Part shown: positions 63,329 through 64,000 of the stretch, one piece after another
How the letters are laid out: each line of letters begins with the position of its first letter
How positions within the stretch are numbered: position 1 is the stretch's first letter
DNA from: an uncultured Acidobacteriota bacterium
GTDB taxonomy: Bacteria; Acidobacteriota; Terriglobia; UBA7540
Direction of reading: 5' to 3'
DNA: 64,000 nucleotides
NCBI GenBank assembly: GCA_963804995.1
Contig: CAWDSK010000009.1
Location: 128,001 to 192,000, forward strand
Position numbers and translations under genes: made by a program
The notes under the pieces: model-generated
Seen by the model: the letters and a program-made list of their open reading frames with translations, nothing else
The model's database searches: none
Told to the model about the DNA's origin: nothing

Positions 63329-64000
63329 ATGAAACTGGGAATCAGCACTTACACCTATGCGTGGGCGATCGGCTTTTCCGGGGCCGTGCCAAATCACCCA
63401 CTCAAGCCGATACAACTCTTGGAGAAAGCACAGGAACTCGGGGTGAACCTTGTTCAGTTCGGACCGAATTTGCCCCTGGATCGACTACATCTGCAGGATC
63501 TTCAGGACCTGGTGAAACACGCGGAGTCCTGGGAGATAGACTTGGAGGTAGCTACGCAGGGACTTAATCCCACCCATCTGCGGCGGCAGATTCAGTTCGC
63601 CAAGCAGAATGGCGCCATACTCCTGAAAACCACTCCGGAAGGCGCGGACGGAAAACTCCCCTTGCGAATGGAGATGGCGAACAACTTGCGCGCGATTGCT
63701 GGCTATCTGGCGGAAAACGAAATGCACCTTGCGATTGACAACAGCCGCATCGCTGCACAGGAGCTCAACGAGTTGCTCACCCCAATTGGGTGCACTTGGC
63801 TGGGTGTGGCGCTTGATACACTGAATCCTATTTCTATTCCCCAAGGATGGCACCTCTCCGTGCGGGTGTTGGCATACCGCACGCTGACCGTGCAGATAAA
63901 GGATTTCATTGTGCAACCCGCCTGGCACGGAATGGGCCTCACGATCGAAGGCCGCCCAGTCGGCAAAGGCCAACTCAACATTCCCTGGCTCGTGGACTCC
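63329..64000 (+). CDS. Sugar phosphate isomerase/epimerase (xylose-isomerase-like TIM barrel), runs off the window
   Basis: Manual translation MKLGISTYTYAWAIG...LAIDN...LDTLN...QIKDF...GRPVGKGQLNIPWL, open to the end of the window. Confidence 0.8.
   Translation, partial: MKLGISTYTYAWAIGFSGAVPNHPLKPIQLLEKAQELGVNLVQFGPNLPLDRLHLQDLQDLVKHAESWEIDLEVATQGLNPTHLRRQIQFAKQNGAILLKTTPEGADGKLPLRMEMANNLRAIAGYLAENEMHLAIDNSRIAAQELNELLTPIGCTWLGVALDTLNPISIPQGWHLSVRVLAYRTLTVQIKDFIVQPAWHGMGLTIEGRPVGKGQLNIPWLVDS

Overview
GC-rich bacterial chromosome segment. Gene content and order (rpoZ-gmk-yicC, an LptC/LptA-like gene with lptB-rpoN-hpf, fused aroDE, alternative complex III with a caa3 oxidase) are most consistent with an Acidobacteriota (Terriglobia-like) genome; this taxonomy is inferred. 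Housekeeping blocks are rpoZ/gmk/yicC/msbA, ROK-rapZ, recJ-lptC/A-lptB-rpoN-hpf, bfr, rtcB, aroDE-trpE, a SIS-domain gene, pckA-aminotransferase, and a 12-gene ACIII (actA-G) + SCO + coxBACD operon. Accessory content includes a VapBC module between 292-bp direct repeats, a decayed DUF433/DUF5615 pair, a nucleotidyltransferase pair, a 3'-truncated group II intron, a 1.9-kb IS6-like element with a large Zn-ribbon DDE transposase, and an orphan FliA/WhiG sigma factor behind a sigma-54 promoter. The non-coding DNA holds many nested repeat families: inverted heptamer arrays at gene junctions, GTAG REPs, MITEs with 3-bp target duplications, asymmetric-ended elements and diverged promoter-like modules. 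Across the window, conserved Asp/Glu codons repeatedly read as Asn/Lys (CGA to CAA, mostly in TCGA) and several frameshifts also fall at TCGA. This suggests a DNA-methylation signature, either long-read miscalls or deamination. No rRNA, tRNA or CRISPR array was seen.
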